Shown here piece after piece: positions 37,966 to 45,846 of a stretch of DNA of 61,443 bases. This DNA comes from a bacterium (GTDB lineage Bacteria > Verrucomicrobiota > Verrucomicrobiia > Limisphaerales > UBA11358). The position numbers and the translations under genes were made by a program. The notes below the pieces were generated by a model. It saw only the letters and a program-made list of their open reading frames with translations. It was not told the origin of the DNA and did not search any database. The stretch spans positions 1 to 61,443 of the forward strand of contig JAJXYT010000014.1 of NCBI GenBank assembly GCA_021780375.1. Direction: 5' to 3'. Positions within the stretch are counted from its first letter, which is position 1; each line of letters starts with the position of its first letter.

Positions 37966-38152
37966 ATTTACGATTTTACATTACGATCTGCGATTCAGTA
38001 GCCGCCGACGTGAGTCGGCTCCATCTATTCTCTGGTCGTTTGAATGAAATGTGAGCGGACTCACGTCCGCTGCTACGTTTTCAGAGATCTCCATTTACGC
38101 GTGACCGGAAATTCGGAGGCGGCGCGCAAATCGTATATCGCAAATCATAAAT
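37966..38152. repeat. GTAG REP-like inverted pair (37998-38076) nested in ATTTACG-type heptamer arms
   Basis: GTAGCCGCCGACGTGAGTCGGCTC ... GAGCGGACTCACGTCCGCTGCTAC, flanked by GATTTACGATTTTAC and AAATCGTATATCGCAAATCATAAAT. Confidence 0.75.
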
Positions 38153-39066
38153 TACTTCTTCACTGCCACGCTGCCGGTAATTTCGTCCACATCCTTCAGG
38201 CCATGCTTTTCCATGAATTCGCGGATGCCGGCAATCACTTGCAACGGCGTCTGTGGTTCGTAGAAATTCGCCGTGCCCACGGCCACCGCCGCCGCGCCCG
38301 CCACCATGAATTCAATCGCGTCCGCCGCGTTTTGAATGCCACCCATGCCGATGATGGGAATTTTCACGGCCTTTGCCGCCTCCCAGACGAGCTTGATGGC
38401 AATCGGCTTGATGCACGGCCCGGTCAGGCCGCCGGTGACATTCGCCAGCTTCGGCTTGCGGGTTTCAATGTCAATCGCCATGGCCGGGTAACTGTTCATG
38501 ATGGACAGCGCGTCGCTCCCCGCGTCTTCCGCCGCCCGAGCGAAAGGCGCGATGCTTGCCACGTTCGGACTCATCTTGGTAATCAGCGGCAGCTTTGTCA
38601 CCTTGCGGCAGTCGGCGACGACTTGTGCCAGCAATTTCAAGTCGGTGCCGAATTGCGCGCCGCCCTTCTTGATGTTGGGGCAGGACACATTGAGTTCCAG
38701 CGCACCGACACCGCCCAACGCGTCGAAGCGCCGCGCGACCTCGGCGTATTCCTCAACCGTCGTGCCCCAGAGGTTGATGATGGTCGGGACCTTCAGCGTT
38801 TTGAGGAAAGGCCAGTATTTCCTGATGAATCCGTCCACGCCCGGCCCTTGCAGGCCGATCGCGTTGATCAGCCCGCTCGCCACCTCGACCGTGCGCGGCG
38901 TGGCATTGCCGCGGACCGGGTCAAGCCGGATGCCCTTGACGACCACCGCGCCGAGTTGGTTCAGGTCGAGGAGTTGGGCATATTCGACACCGTAGCCGAA
39001 CGTGCCGGACGCAACCATCACCGGGTTTTGCAGCTTCAACTTGCCGATTTGAACCGAGAGATTCAT
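38152..39066 (-). CDS. pyrD: Dihydroorotate dehydrogenase family 1B catalytic subunit
   Basis: NPVMVASGTFGYG, NAIGLQGPG, ELNVSCPN, GGLTGPCIKPIA, IIGMGGI. Confidence 0.96.
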   Translation of the reverse strand: MNLSVQIGKLKLQNPVMVASGTFGYGVEYAQLLDLNQLGAVVVKGIRLDPVRGNATPRTVEVASGLINAIGLQGPGVDGFIRKYWPFLKTLKVPTIINLWGTTVEEYAEVARRFDALGGVGALELNVSCPNIKKGGAQFGTDLKLLAQVVADCRKVTKLPLITKMSPNVASIAPFARAAEDAGSDALSIMNSYPAMAIDIETRKPKLANVTGGLTGPCIKPIAIKLVWEAAKAVKIPIIGMGGIQNAADAIEFMVAGAAAVAVGTANFYEPQTPLQVIAGIREFMEKHGLKDVDEITGSVAVKK

Positions 39067-39103
39067 GAATGCACCTCCGGGCCAGGAAGAAAGGGGCATA
39101 AAT

Positions 39104-39200
39104 ATTCAACATTCAACAGCGAACACCGAACATCGAACGACTCCGCTCGCCCATCGCCTCCATTGGAGGTTGAACGTTGAATGTTGAGGGTTGAATGTTT
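39104..39200. repeat. Inverted pair of heptamer arrays (ATTCAAC / GTTGAAT type)
   Basis: ATTCAAC ATTCAAC AGCGAAC ACCGAAC ATCGAAC ... TTGGAGG TTGAACG TTGAATG TTGAGGG TTGAATG. Confidence 0.75.
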
Positions 39201-39220
39201 CCGACGCAAAAATTGGAATT

Positions 39221-40093
39221 TCATTTCATGGTTTCCCAAACGATGTTACGCGCGTCAAACACCGGTCCCTCGGTACAGGTGCGCTGGTATTCCCAGCCGT
39301 CGCCGGTTTGGACGGGAATCACGCACGTCAGGCAGACGCCGACGCCGCAACACATGTGTTCATCCATCGAAAGCTCCGCCGGGACATTGAAATCCCCGGC
39401 GATTTTGCCGACGGCCTTGAGCATGGGTGTCGGGCCACAAGCGTAAATCCTCACCTTCTGGCGGGTAGCAGCCGGCGTGAGGAGGCTCTGGCTGATTTCC
39501 GATTTCCGATTTCCGATTTCCAATTTTTCAGTTTGAGCCTCGTTACTTCGGCGGCTACGTAACTCCGCCAGCAACGGTTTCGTGACCAGCCCTTTTTCGC
39601 CGTGGCTGCCGTCTTCGGTCGTCACGCGTACGTCCCAGCCCAGTGCTTTGAATTCTTTTTCGCAGAGTATATCAACCCGTTTACGACCGCCGACGAAGAC
39701 AATCCCTTTCTGTGGCGAGCGTTGCGCCAGCAGATACATTGCCGCCATGCCATAGCCACCGGCGACGAGCAGGGGAGTTTCGCCCCCGCGTTGGGGCGCG
39801 GTAAATCCGTGGCCGAGCGGCGCGATAACGCTCACTTCCCCGCCGGCACCCATCCGGGCAAGCGCGTCGGTGCCTTGGCCGACCGTTTTGTACAGGATGG
39901 AAAAAGTGTCGCCGGAAACCTGGAAGATGCTGAACGGCCGGCGGAGCAGGGCGTCCTTCAGCGGCGCCACGCGGACATGGGCAAATTGTCCGGGCTGGAT
40001 GAGCGCCGCGATTTGCGGCGCGCGCAGGACGAGACGGAAGTAAGAATCGGTGTCGCGCTCGTTGGAGACAATCTGGACGGTTTGCTCAAGCAT
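39221..40093 (-). CDS. pyrK: Dihydroorotate dehydrogenase electron-transfer subunit (with in-frame repeat insertion)
   Basis: PGQF, LRRPFSI, PLGHGF, AGGYG, YACGPTPML, MCCGVGVCLTC...CTEGPVF; directly upstream of pyrD. Confidence 0.94.
   Translation of the reverse strand: MLEQTVQIVSNERDTDSYFRLVLRAPQIAALIQPGQFAHVRVAPLKDALLRRPFSIFQVSGDTFSILYKTVGQGTDALARMGAGGEVSVIAPLGHGFTAPQRGGETPLLVAGGYGMAAMYLLAQRSPQKGIVFVGGRKRVDILCEKEFKALGWDVRVTTEDGSHGEKGLVTKPLLAELRSRRSNEAQTEKLEIGNRKSEISQSLLTPAATRQKVRIYACGPTPMLKAVGKIAGDFNVPAELSMDEHMCCGVGVCLTCVIPVQTGDGWEYQRTCTEGPVFDARNIVWETMK
39465..39558. repeat. GTAG REP-like inverted pair with (ATTTCCG)n loop inside the pyrK coding sequence
   Basis: Arms GTAGCAGCCGGCGTGAGGAGGCTC and GAGCCTCGTTACTTCGGCGGCTAC; same family as 37998-38076. 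Confidence 0.8.
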
Positions 40094-40173
40094 CGGCACT
40101 GCCAGCATGGTCGGCCACGGCAAACCTGTCAACTTTGGGTGTGAAGTCGGTGATGGGTCAGTTTACTTTTCCG

Positions 40174-40271
40174 GGTGGGGCCGGCGCCTGTCGCGCCGGG
40201 CTGCCTCCCGATTTTCGGGACGGCGCAGCGCCCCGCCTGGAACGACGGCTCGCCAGTAGCCTCGCCCCACC
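40174..40271. repeat. REP-like inverted pair
   Basis: GGTGGGGCCGGCGCCTGTCGCGCCG ... CGGCTCGCCAGTAGCCTCGCCCCACC. Confidence 0.65.
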
Positions 40272-40294
40272 AGAATAACCGATTATCTGTGCCG

Positions 40295-41428
40295 TCACCG
40301 GGTTTCCGGCGCGGATTCGGTGTTCGTGACTTTGGACCGGATCGCCAGGGCCAGGACCACGCCCAGCAGCGTGCCGGTGGTGTTTGTCAACAAATCGGTG
40401 GTGGAAGATACCCGGTTGGGCAGCCAGGCCTGGATGATTTCAATTGCCAGGCTGACCGCTGCCCCGGCGAGAACCACGAGCAAAGCGTTGACAGCCCATC
40501 GTTTTGGTTTCAGTGAGCGGCGATGAAGGAAAAAGCAGAGTCCGAAGGGAACGAAACCAAAAATATTGACGGCGATGTCCGAATAGTCCGGCCGGTTGTA
40601 AGCGATGTCCTTGGAGGGAGAAATCAAAAACTCTCGGTGGACCGGTTGAAAGCGAACGGGAAGGATGAGGTGATGGCGGTTGGCCGAGGAATCTGCCGCT
40701 GCCCGGCCCCGGCCTTCGTCGAAAAGGTAGAGTGCCATGAGGCCGGGTGCATTCGTGAGTTGTCCGGCGCGGCCCTGCGTCCAGAGCGTGGCATGCCGGG
40801 CGATTTCCGCCGGATCCAGGGCGCGGTTGTACAGGGCCAGGCCGAACAGTTGCCCGGTCCATGAGTGCTTCCCGGAAGCGCTGTTGCCGAGAATTAGCTG
40901 TCCGTCCCAAGCCTCCGGGCTCGGCACGAAGCGGGGAAAATGCTCGACCGCCGATCCGTCCAGGTAAAAATCAGTTCCCGATCCATCACCCCGGAGGGTG
41001 ATGAACTGGACCGTGCGTTCCGACAACAGATCATCCACGCCCGCCTCGGAGCGGCTGCCGGCCGGCTGTGGAGGCTGAGTCGTTGCCCGAAGGATGAAAT
41101 CCCTTCGCCACTGGTACAGGCTGAAATCGAGCGGCAACCGGCGATTGTGAATCGTCACCATATCAAACACGTCATTGACCGGTTCGTGTTGAGCCTCGAG
41201 CCACAACTCCACCGTAAAATTTGGGGACCGGCCGTCGCCGGCGGTCGGCAGCGGGGCAGGGTCGTAGGCTATTCCGTAAGGCTCAAAATGCAGGCCGGAG
41301 CGGTCGGACAGCCAGGTGACCCGATTGGATGGCTGGAAGTCGAATGGCCATAACCCCACGACGAAGTAGCCCAGCACGATTACGAGGCTCAGCCAGCCAA
41401 ACCATCTGTCATGGGGAATGCCTTTCAC
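40295..41428 (-). CDS. LamG-like domain plus VanZ-like membrane domain protein
   Basis: LWPFDF start, FTVELWL...LALYNRAL...LYLFDEG (LamG-like), D...NI.GFVPFG...SL.IE..QAWLP.R.SS.TD...N..G (VanZ-like). Confidence 0.82.
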   Translation of the reverse strand: MKGIPHDRWFGWLSLVIVLGYFVVGLWPFDFQPSNRVTWLSDRSGLHFEPYGIAYDPAPLPTAGDGRSPNFTVELWLEAQHEPVNDVFDMVTIHNRRLPLDFSLYQWRRDFILRATTQPPQPAGSRSEAGVDDLLSERTVQFITLRGDGSGTDFYLDGSAVEHFPRFVPSPEAWDGQLILGNSASGKHSWTGQLFGLALYNRALDPAEIARHATLWTQGRAGQLTNAPGLMALYLFDEGRGRAAADSSANRHHLILPVRFQPVHREFLISPSKDIAYNRPDYSDIAVNIFGFVPFGLCFFLHRRSLKPKRWAVNALLVVLAGAAVSLAIEIIQAWLPNRVSSTTDLLTNTTGTLLGVVLALAIRSKVTNTESAPETR

Positions 41429-41686
41429 GGGACGCTGCGGATTAGCTCAAGCATGGCCGAGGGCCAGCATGGTCGGCAGGGGCAAAGCTGTCAACTTTGC
41501 GAACGAAGGAACACAGGCACATTGACGCGAATTGCGCGAATTCGCACCAATTGAAAGCCGGCCAGGCGACAGTTACAAAAATGTCCCGATCCCCGGTTTT
41601 TCGTTTGCATTCAAGGGGGACGAGGCGTAAAAGTAACATTAGCTCTAAATCCGTTTAAAGTGAGTGGAGATAACCCTGAATCCTTT

Positions 41687-42703
41687 ATGAAAACCAGAGT
41701 TCCTGTTGTCCTCGCGGCTGTGCTGCTTTCAGCCTTCCTCCTTCAGCCTTCAGCCTTGCGTGCGCAGGGCAGCCTCACGCCGCCCGGCCCGCCCGCGCCG
41801 CTGATGAAGACGCTCGACCAGATCGAAGCCCGCACACCGGTTTCGTTGCTGCCCTACACCATCACCAACCCCGGCTCCTATTACCTGACCACCAACCTCA
41901 CCGGCGTCAGCGGCGCCAACGGTATCACCATCGCCAGTGGCGACGTGACGCTGGACCTGAACGGCTTCCGGCTTTTGGGCGTGCCCGGTTCCCTGGACGG
42001 CATCTTTGTCCCCACCAATGCCCTTTACCTCAACCTCACCGTGCGTAACGGCACGGTGCGCGGCTGGGGCGGCAGCGGCGTGGAAGCGTTCGACGGTGAA
42101 AACACGATTTTTGAACGGCTCATCGTCTCGGATGTGGGCGGCTTTGGCATCGACGCCTACGGCAGCGTCATCCGCGACTGTCAGGTGGACGGGAGTGGCA
42201 ACACAGGCATCGCCGCCAACGTCTCCGAAATCCGCCATTGCGTGGTGGAAAACTGCGGCTTTGACGGCATTGACGCCTTCGATTCCCAGGTGAGCGATTG
42301 CGCGGTGGAGTTCAACCTCTACGGCATCTTTGCCTCACCCGGCAAAGTCTCCGACTGCGTCATCGAGACCAACACTTTCAGCGGCATTTACGCGGGCGCA
42401 TCGGGCTGCCAGCTCACGGGCAACACCTGCCTGGGCAATAATCACAACGCCGGCGCCAGCGACGCGGGCATCTACCTGGCGACCGGCAACAACCGCGTTG
42501 AAGATAATCACGTGATCGGCAGCGGCCGTGCCGGTATCCAGGTCGCGGCCGCCGGCGCATCCAATAACCTCATCATCAGGAACTCGGTCACCGGCGACGG
42601 CGCCAATAACTACGTTATCCCCGCCTCCCAAATTATCGGGCCCCTGATCACGACAACCGGGTTCATCACCAACTCGAATCCGTGGGCGAACTTTTCGTTT
42701 TAA
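41687..42703 (+). CDS. Secreted right-handed parallel beta-helix protein (paralog 1)
   Basis: Signal peptide, QGSLTPPGPPAP.MK.LDQ.E.RTP, PGSYYLT.N, VTLDLNGF, GI-repeats with Cys, C-terminal NPWANFSF. Confidence 0.85.
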   Translation: MKTRVPVVLAAVLLSAFLLQPSALRAQGSLTPPGPPAPLMKTLDQIEARTPVSLLPYTITNPGSYYLTTNLTGVSGANGITIASGDVTLDLNGFRLLGVPGSLDGIFVPTNALYLNLTVRNGTVRGWGGSGVEAFDGENTIFERLIVSDVGGFGIDAYGSVIRDCQVDGSGNTGIAANVSEIRHCVVENCGFDGIDAFDSQVSDCAVEFNLYGIFASPGKVSDCVIETNTFSGIYAGASGCQLTGNTCLGNNHNAGASDAGIYLATGNNRVEDNHVIGSGRAGIQVAAAGASNNLIIRNSVTGDGANNYVIPASQIIGPLITTTGFITNSNPWANFSF

Positions 42704-42721
42704 TCGTCATCCAATAATTCG

Positions 42722-43732
42722 ATGAAAACCCGGAATTCAATCCTCATCGCGCTCCTTTCGGCCTTCAGCCTTCAGCCTTCAGCCTTGCCCGCGCAAGGCA
42801 GCCTCACCCCGCCCGGGCCGCCCGCGCCGACGATGAAGTCGCTCGACCAGGTCGAGCCGCGCACGCCGATTTCGGCCCTGCCGTTCACCATTACCGCGTC
42901 CGGCTCTTATTATCTCGGCACTAATCTCTCCGCCGCCACCGGCAACGGCATCACCATATCCAACAACAACGTGACGGTGGATTTGAACGGCTTCGCTCTG
43001 GCGGGTGGACCAAGCTCCGCCAATGGAATTTATATGCCGGCCAGCCAGATCAACGTCACGGTGCGTAACGGCTCGATCAGCGGGTGGCAGAATGGCGTCG
43101 TGGTGGTGCCGAACACTTCGCGCGGCATCGTCCTGGAGCGCCTGGCTGTTTCAAGCTGTGGACAATATGGCATTTTTTCCTCCTCGCCGGCGTTGGTGCG
43201 GAATTGCCTGAGCATCAGCAATCAATACGCCGGCATTTACGTCTTCGGCGGCGGCCAGATAACGGATTGCGATGCCAGCTATAATGGAAACAATGGCATT
43301 ATCGCTGCCGACGGTATCGTGCGAAATTGCAGCGCCGCCAACAACGGGCATTATGGGATTTATGCCACTCCAGGAACGGTGTCCGGCTGCTGGATCCGGA
43401 ACAACATCAACAGCGGCATTTACCTGATTTCAGCGGGCAGCGAAATCATCGGCAATACCTGCGTCGGAAACAACAGCAGCGGCAGCACGGCTGACGCGGG
43501 CATTTATGTGAGTGGGTATAATAATCGCATCGAGGACAATCAGGTCAGCGGCAGCGGTTACGCGGGTATCAGCGTCACCAACACGGTCAATGGCAACATC
43601 ATTGTCAAAAATTCCGTGTCGAACGACGGCCCGAACAATTACCTCACGCCGGGCAACCAGATCGTCGGCCCGCTCATCACCACCTACGGAATCATCACCA
43701 ACTCGAATCCGTGGGCGAACTTTTCGTTTTAG
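42722..43732 (+). CDS. Secreted right-handed parallel beta-helix protein (paralog 2)
   Basis: Same N- and C-terminal motifs as paralog 1 with a diverged core. Confidence 0.85.
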   Translation: MKTRNSILIALLSAFSLQPSALPAQGSLTPPGPPAPTMKSLDQVEPRTPISALPFTITASGSYYLGTNLSAATGNGITISNNNVTVDLNGFALAGGPSSANGIYMPASQINVTVRNGSISGWQNGVVVVPNTSRGIVLERLAVSSCGQYGIFSSSPALVRNCLSISNQYAGIYVFGGGQITDCDASYNGNNGIIAADGIVRNCSAANNGHYGIYATPGTVSGCWIRNNINSGIYLISAGSEIIGNTCVGNNSSGSTADAGIYVSGYNNRIEDNQVSGSGYAGISVTNTVNGNIIVKNSVSNDGPNNYLTPGNQIVGPLITTYGIITNSNPWANFSF

Positions 43733-43750
43733 CCATCGAGCGAAATTCCT

Positions 43751-44644
43751 ATGAAGAAAACTTTAATTAAACTTCCATTGGCAGTGGTGGCGCTGGTTTC
43801 AGCCTTCAGCCTGCAGCCTTCAGCCTGGCTTCATGCCGCCACGACGATTGACGCCGCCAACCGCTACGCCTGGGGCGCGAACCTCGGCTGGATGGATTGG
43901 GTCGGCGACACCAACAACGGCGCCGCGATCGGCGACTACGTCTGCTCCGGCTTTATTTATTCGGCCAATGTTGGCTGGATCAATCTCGGCAGCGGCAGTC
44001 CGGCCGATGGCGTCTATTACCAGAACAACTCCGCCAGTGACTTCGGCGTGAACAACGACGGCCTCGGTAATTTGAGCGGGTACGCCTGGGGCGCGAACAT
44101 CGGCTGGCTCGCCTTCGAGCAGACTTACGGCCAGCCGAAGGTCAACATGCTCACCGGCCAGATGAGCGGCTATGTCTGGAGCGCCAACTGCGGCTGGATT
44201 TCCCTGAGCAACGCCGTCGCCTCTGTGCAGACCGATTCTCTTTTTCCCGGCCCGCTGGCGCCGGACGGCCTGCCGATTCCCTGGCTGCTGACTTACTTCG
44301 GCGCCACCAACGTCAACGCCAATGCCGATCCGACCGGCAAAGGCATGACCATCGGGCAGGATTACCTGGCCGGCACCGACCCGACCAACGCCAACAGTGT
44401 TTTGCGGATCACTGCCGGGAGTTTCGCGCGGGGCGGCACCAACGCCAGTCTCACCTGGAACAGCGTGCCCACGCGTTACTATTACATCCGGAAAACCACC
44501 GGCTTGAGTGCTCCGGCCTGGACGGACAGCGGTTTGGGACTTGTTACCCCCTCCGCCGGTTCCTCGACGACGGACAGTTTCACCGACACCAATGCGCCGG
44601 TGCGATTCTATCGCGTCGAGGCAGTGTTCCCGCTCCCTCCCTGA
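43751..44644 (+). CDS. Secreted protein with Y(A)W.AN.GW repeats and FYR-type C-terminal domain
   Basis: Four repeats (YAWGANLGW, IYSANVGW, YAWGANIGW, YVWSANCGW), ADPTG.G.T..QDYLAGTDP motif, tail RFYRVEA. Confidence 0.82.
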   Translation: MKKTLIKLPLAVVALVSAFSLQPSAWLHAATTIDAANRYAWGANLGWMDWVGDTNNGAAIGDYVCSGFIYSANVGWINLGSGSPADGVYYQNNSASDFGVNNDGLGNLSGYAWGANIGWLAFEQTYGQPKVNMLTGQMSGYVWSANCGWISLSNAVASVQTDSLFPGPLAPDGLPIPWLLTYFGATNVNANADPTGKGMTIGQDYLAGTDPTNANSVLRITAGSFARGGTNASLTWNSVPTRYYYIRKTTGLSAPAWTDSGLGLVTPSAGSSTTDSFTDTNAPVRFYRVEAVFPLPP

Positions 44645-44671
44645 GTTCTGCAAAAGGGCGCAAGGACTTTT

Positions 44672-44828
44672 ACGGAAGGAAACGAAGGAAACAAAGATTT
44701 ACCGACAAGGACGGCATGTTGCCGTCTCTGAAATTGGGGTCAGCGGCACGCCGACCCTCCCAACTTTGTGATCTCCGCGCTGTGTTCTCTGCGGTTAAAA
44801 AAAATCGTAAATCGTAAATCGTAAATTG
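44672..44828. repeat. Composite repeat cluster between convergent genes
   Basis: GAAGGAAAC x2 (9-mer), GGTCAGCGGCACGCCGACC palindrome, (AAATCGT)x3 at 44802-44822. Confidence 0.6.
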
Positions 44829-44833
44829 GCTGA

Positions 44834-45664
44834 TTACTTCATCGCCGTGCCGAGAACGTCAGCGTGGAACCCGGGCGGCACCTGGCCGTCCCGCGCGTAC
44901 AGGTAAAGCGCGGTCTGGAAGATGGCCTGCAACGCGGACTGGACCAGCGCCAGCACAATCAGATAAATCACTGCCAATCCGACGCACACAATCAAAGCGG
45001 TCGCGCTCCCTGCGGCGGCGCCCAGAATGATCAGCCCAATGGCGGGAATGGCCAGGAGGAAAAAGATCATCCCGAAACTGAAATTGCCGACCAACTGTTC
45101 GCCCCAGGTCTTTTTCAACAGGGCGGTGGAATCGTGCAAGGCCGCAATCGGGCCTTTGTTTTCGATAACCAGAATGGGCACCACCAAAAAGCTGACGACC
45201 GTCCACGCCATGCCCAGGAGGCCGGCGACAATCTGGCCGACCTTCTCCGAACGGTCCTCGATGATTCGCAAAACCAGTCCCACCGTGGCTGAAACCAGCG
45301 CCCACCCGGCAATCACCGGCAACCGGGAAGTGGCGGCGCGCAGTCCGTCTCCGATGGTGGGATTGCCGCCGCCCATGCGGCTCGCGGCGCAAGCGACAAT
45401 GGCGGCGTTGAAAAACACGACGATAAAGTAATTGCAGACATAAAAGGCGAAGAGCGTCCCGTAATAGGCGACCTGCCGTTGGGTGGTGGCGGCGTGGCCG
45501 GGCGGCTGCCAGTTGCCGGTCGTGTAGAGAGGGATGGCGAATGAGGCCAGCAACAACAGGCAACAAATGCCGGAAATCAGGGGGAAGACCAGCAGGCTTT
45601 TGTCCTGCTTCAGCACCTGCCAACATTCCGACATCAACGACCACGTCCGGGCGATTTTACCCAT
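44834..45664 (-). CDS. Integral membrane protein (DUF6159-like)
   Basis: W.VLKQDK.LLVFP, FFNAA, WALVSATVG, LLKKTWGEQL; several TM helices. Confidence 0.8.
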   Translation of the reverse strand: MGKIARTWSLMSECWQVLKQDKSLLVFPLISGICCLLLLASFAIPLYTTGNWQPPGHAATTQRQVAYYGTLFAFYVCNYFIVVFFNAAIVACAASRMGGGNPTIGDGLRAATSRLPVIAGWALVSATVGLVLRIIEDRSEKVGQIVAGLLGMAWTVVSFLVVPILVIENKGPIAALHDSTALLKKTWGEQLVGNFSFGMIFFLLAIPAIGLIILGAAAGSATALIVCVGLAVIYLIVLALVQSALQAIFQTALYLYARDGQVPPGFHADVLGTAMK

Positions 45665-45769
45665 AAACAGATCCTTTCAGGTTTAAGCGTTCAGGTTCAA
45701 AACGGCTGTCGTGAATCACTGGGAAATTAGTCGCGTCGCTGCCGTCGGCAAGGAGAAACTGCCCCCTTG

Positions 45770-45804
45770 GGAGTGCGGATTGCGGAGTTCAGAGTTCGGA
45801 GTTG
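45770..45804. repeat. Heptamer array (GGAGTTC type) upstream of the methyltransferase
   Basis: GGAGTGC GGATTGC GGAGTTC AGAGTTC GGAGTTG. Confidence 0.6.
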
Positions 45805-45846
45805 AATGATTGATTCCGCTGGGAAAGGCGCTACGCTACTTACGCA

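Noticed and set aside
37295-38152. Possible CRISPR array in the repeat-dense region
   Set aside because: No identical direct repeats separated by unique spacers of constant length, and no cas genes; the repeats are palindromic and heterogeneous.
41687-43732. Diversity-generating retroelement (template/variable repeat) explanation for the paralog similarity
   Set aside because: No reverse transcriptase in the window, the shared 40 nt are identical rather than adenine-mutated, and both copies are coding.
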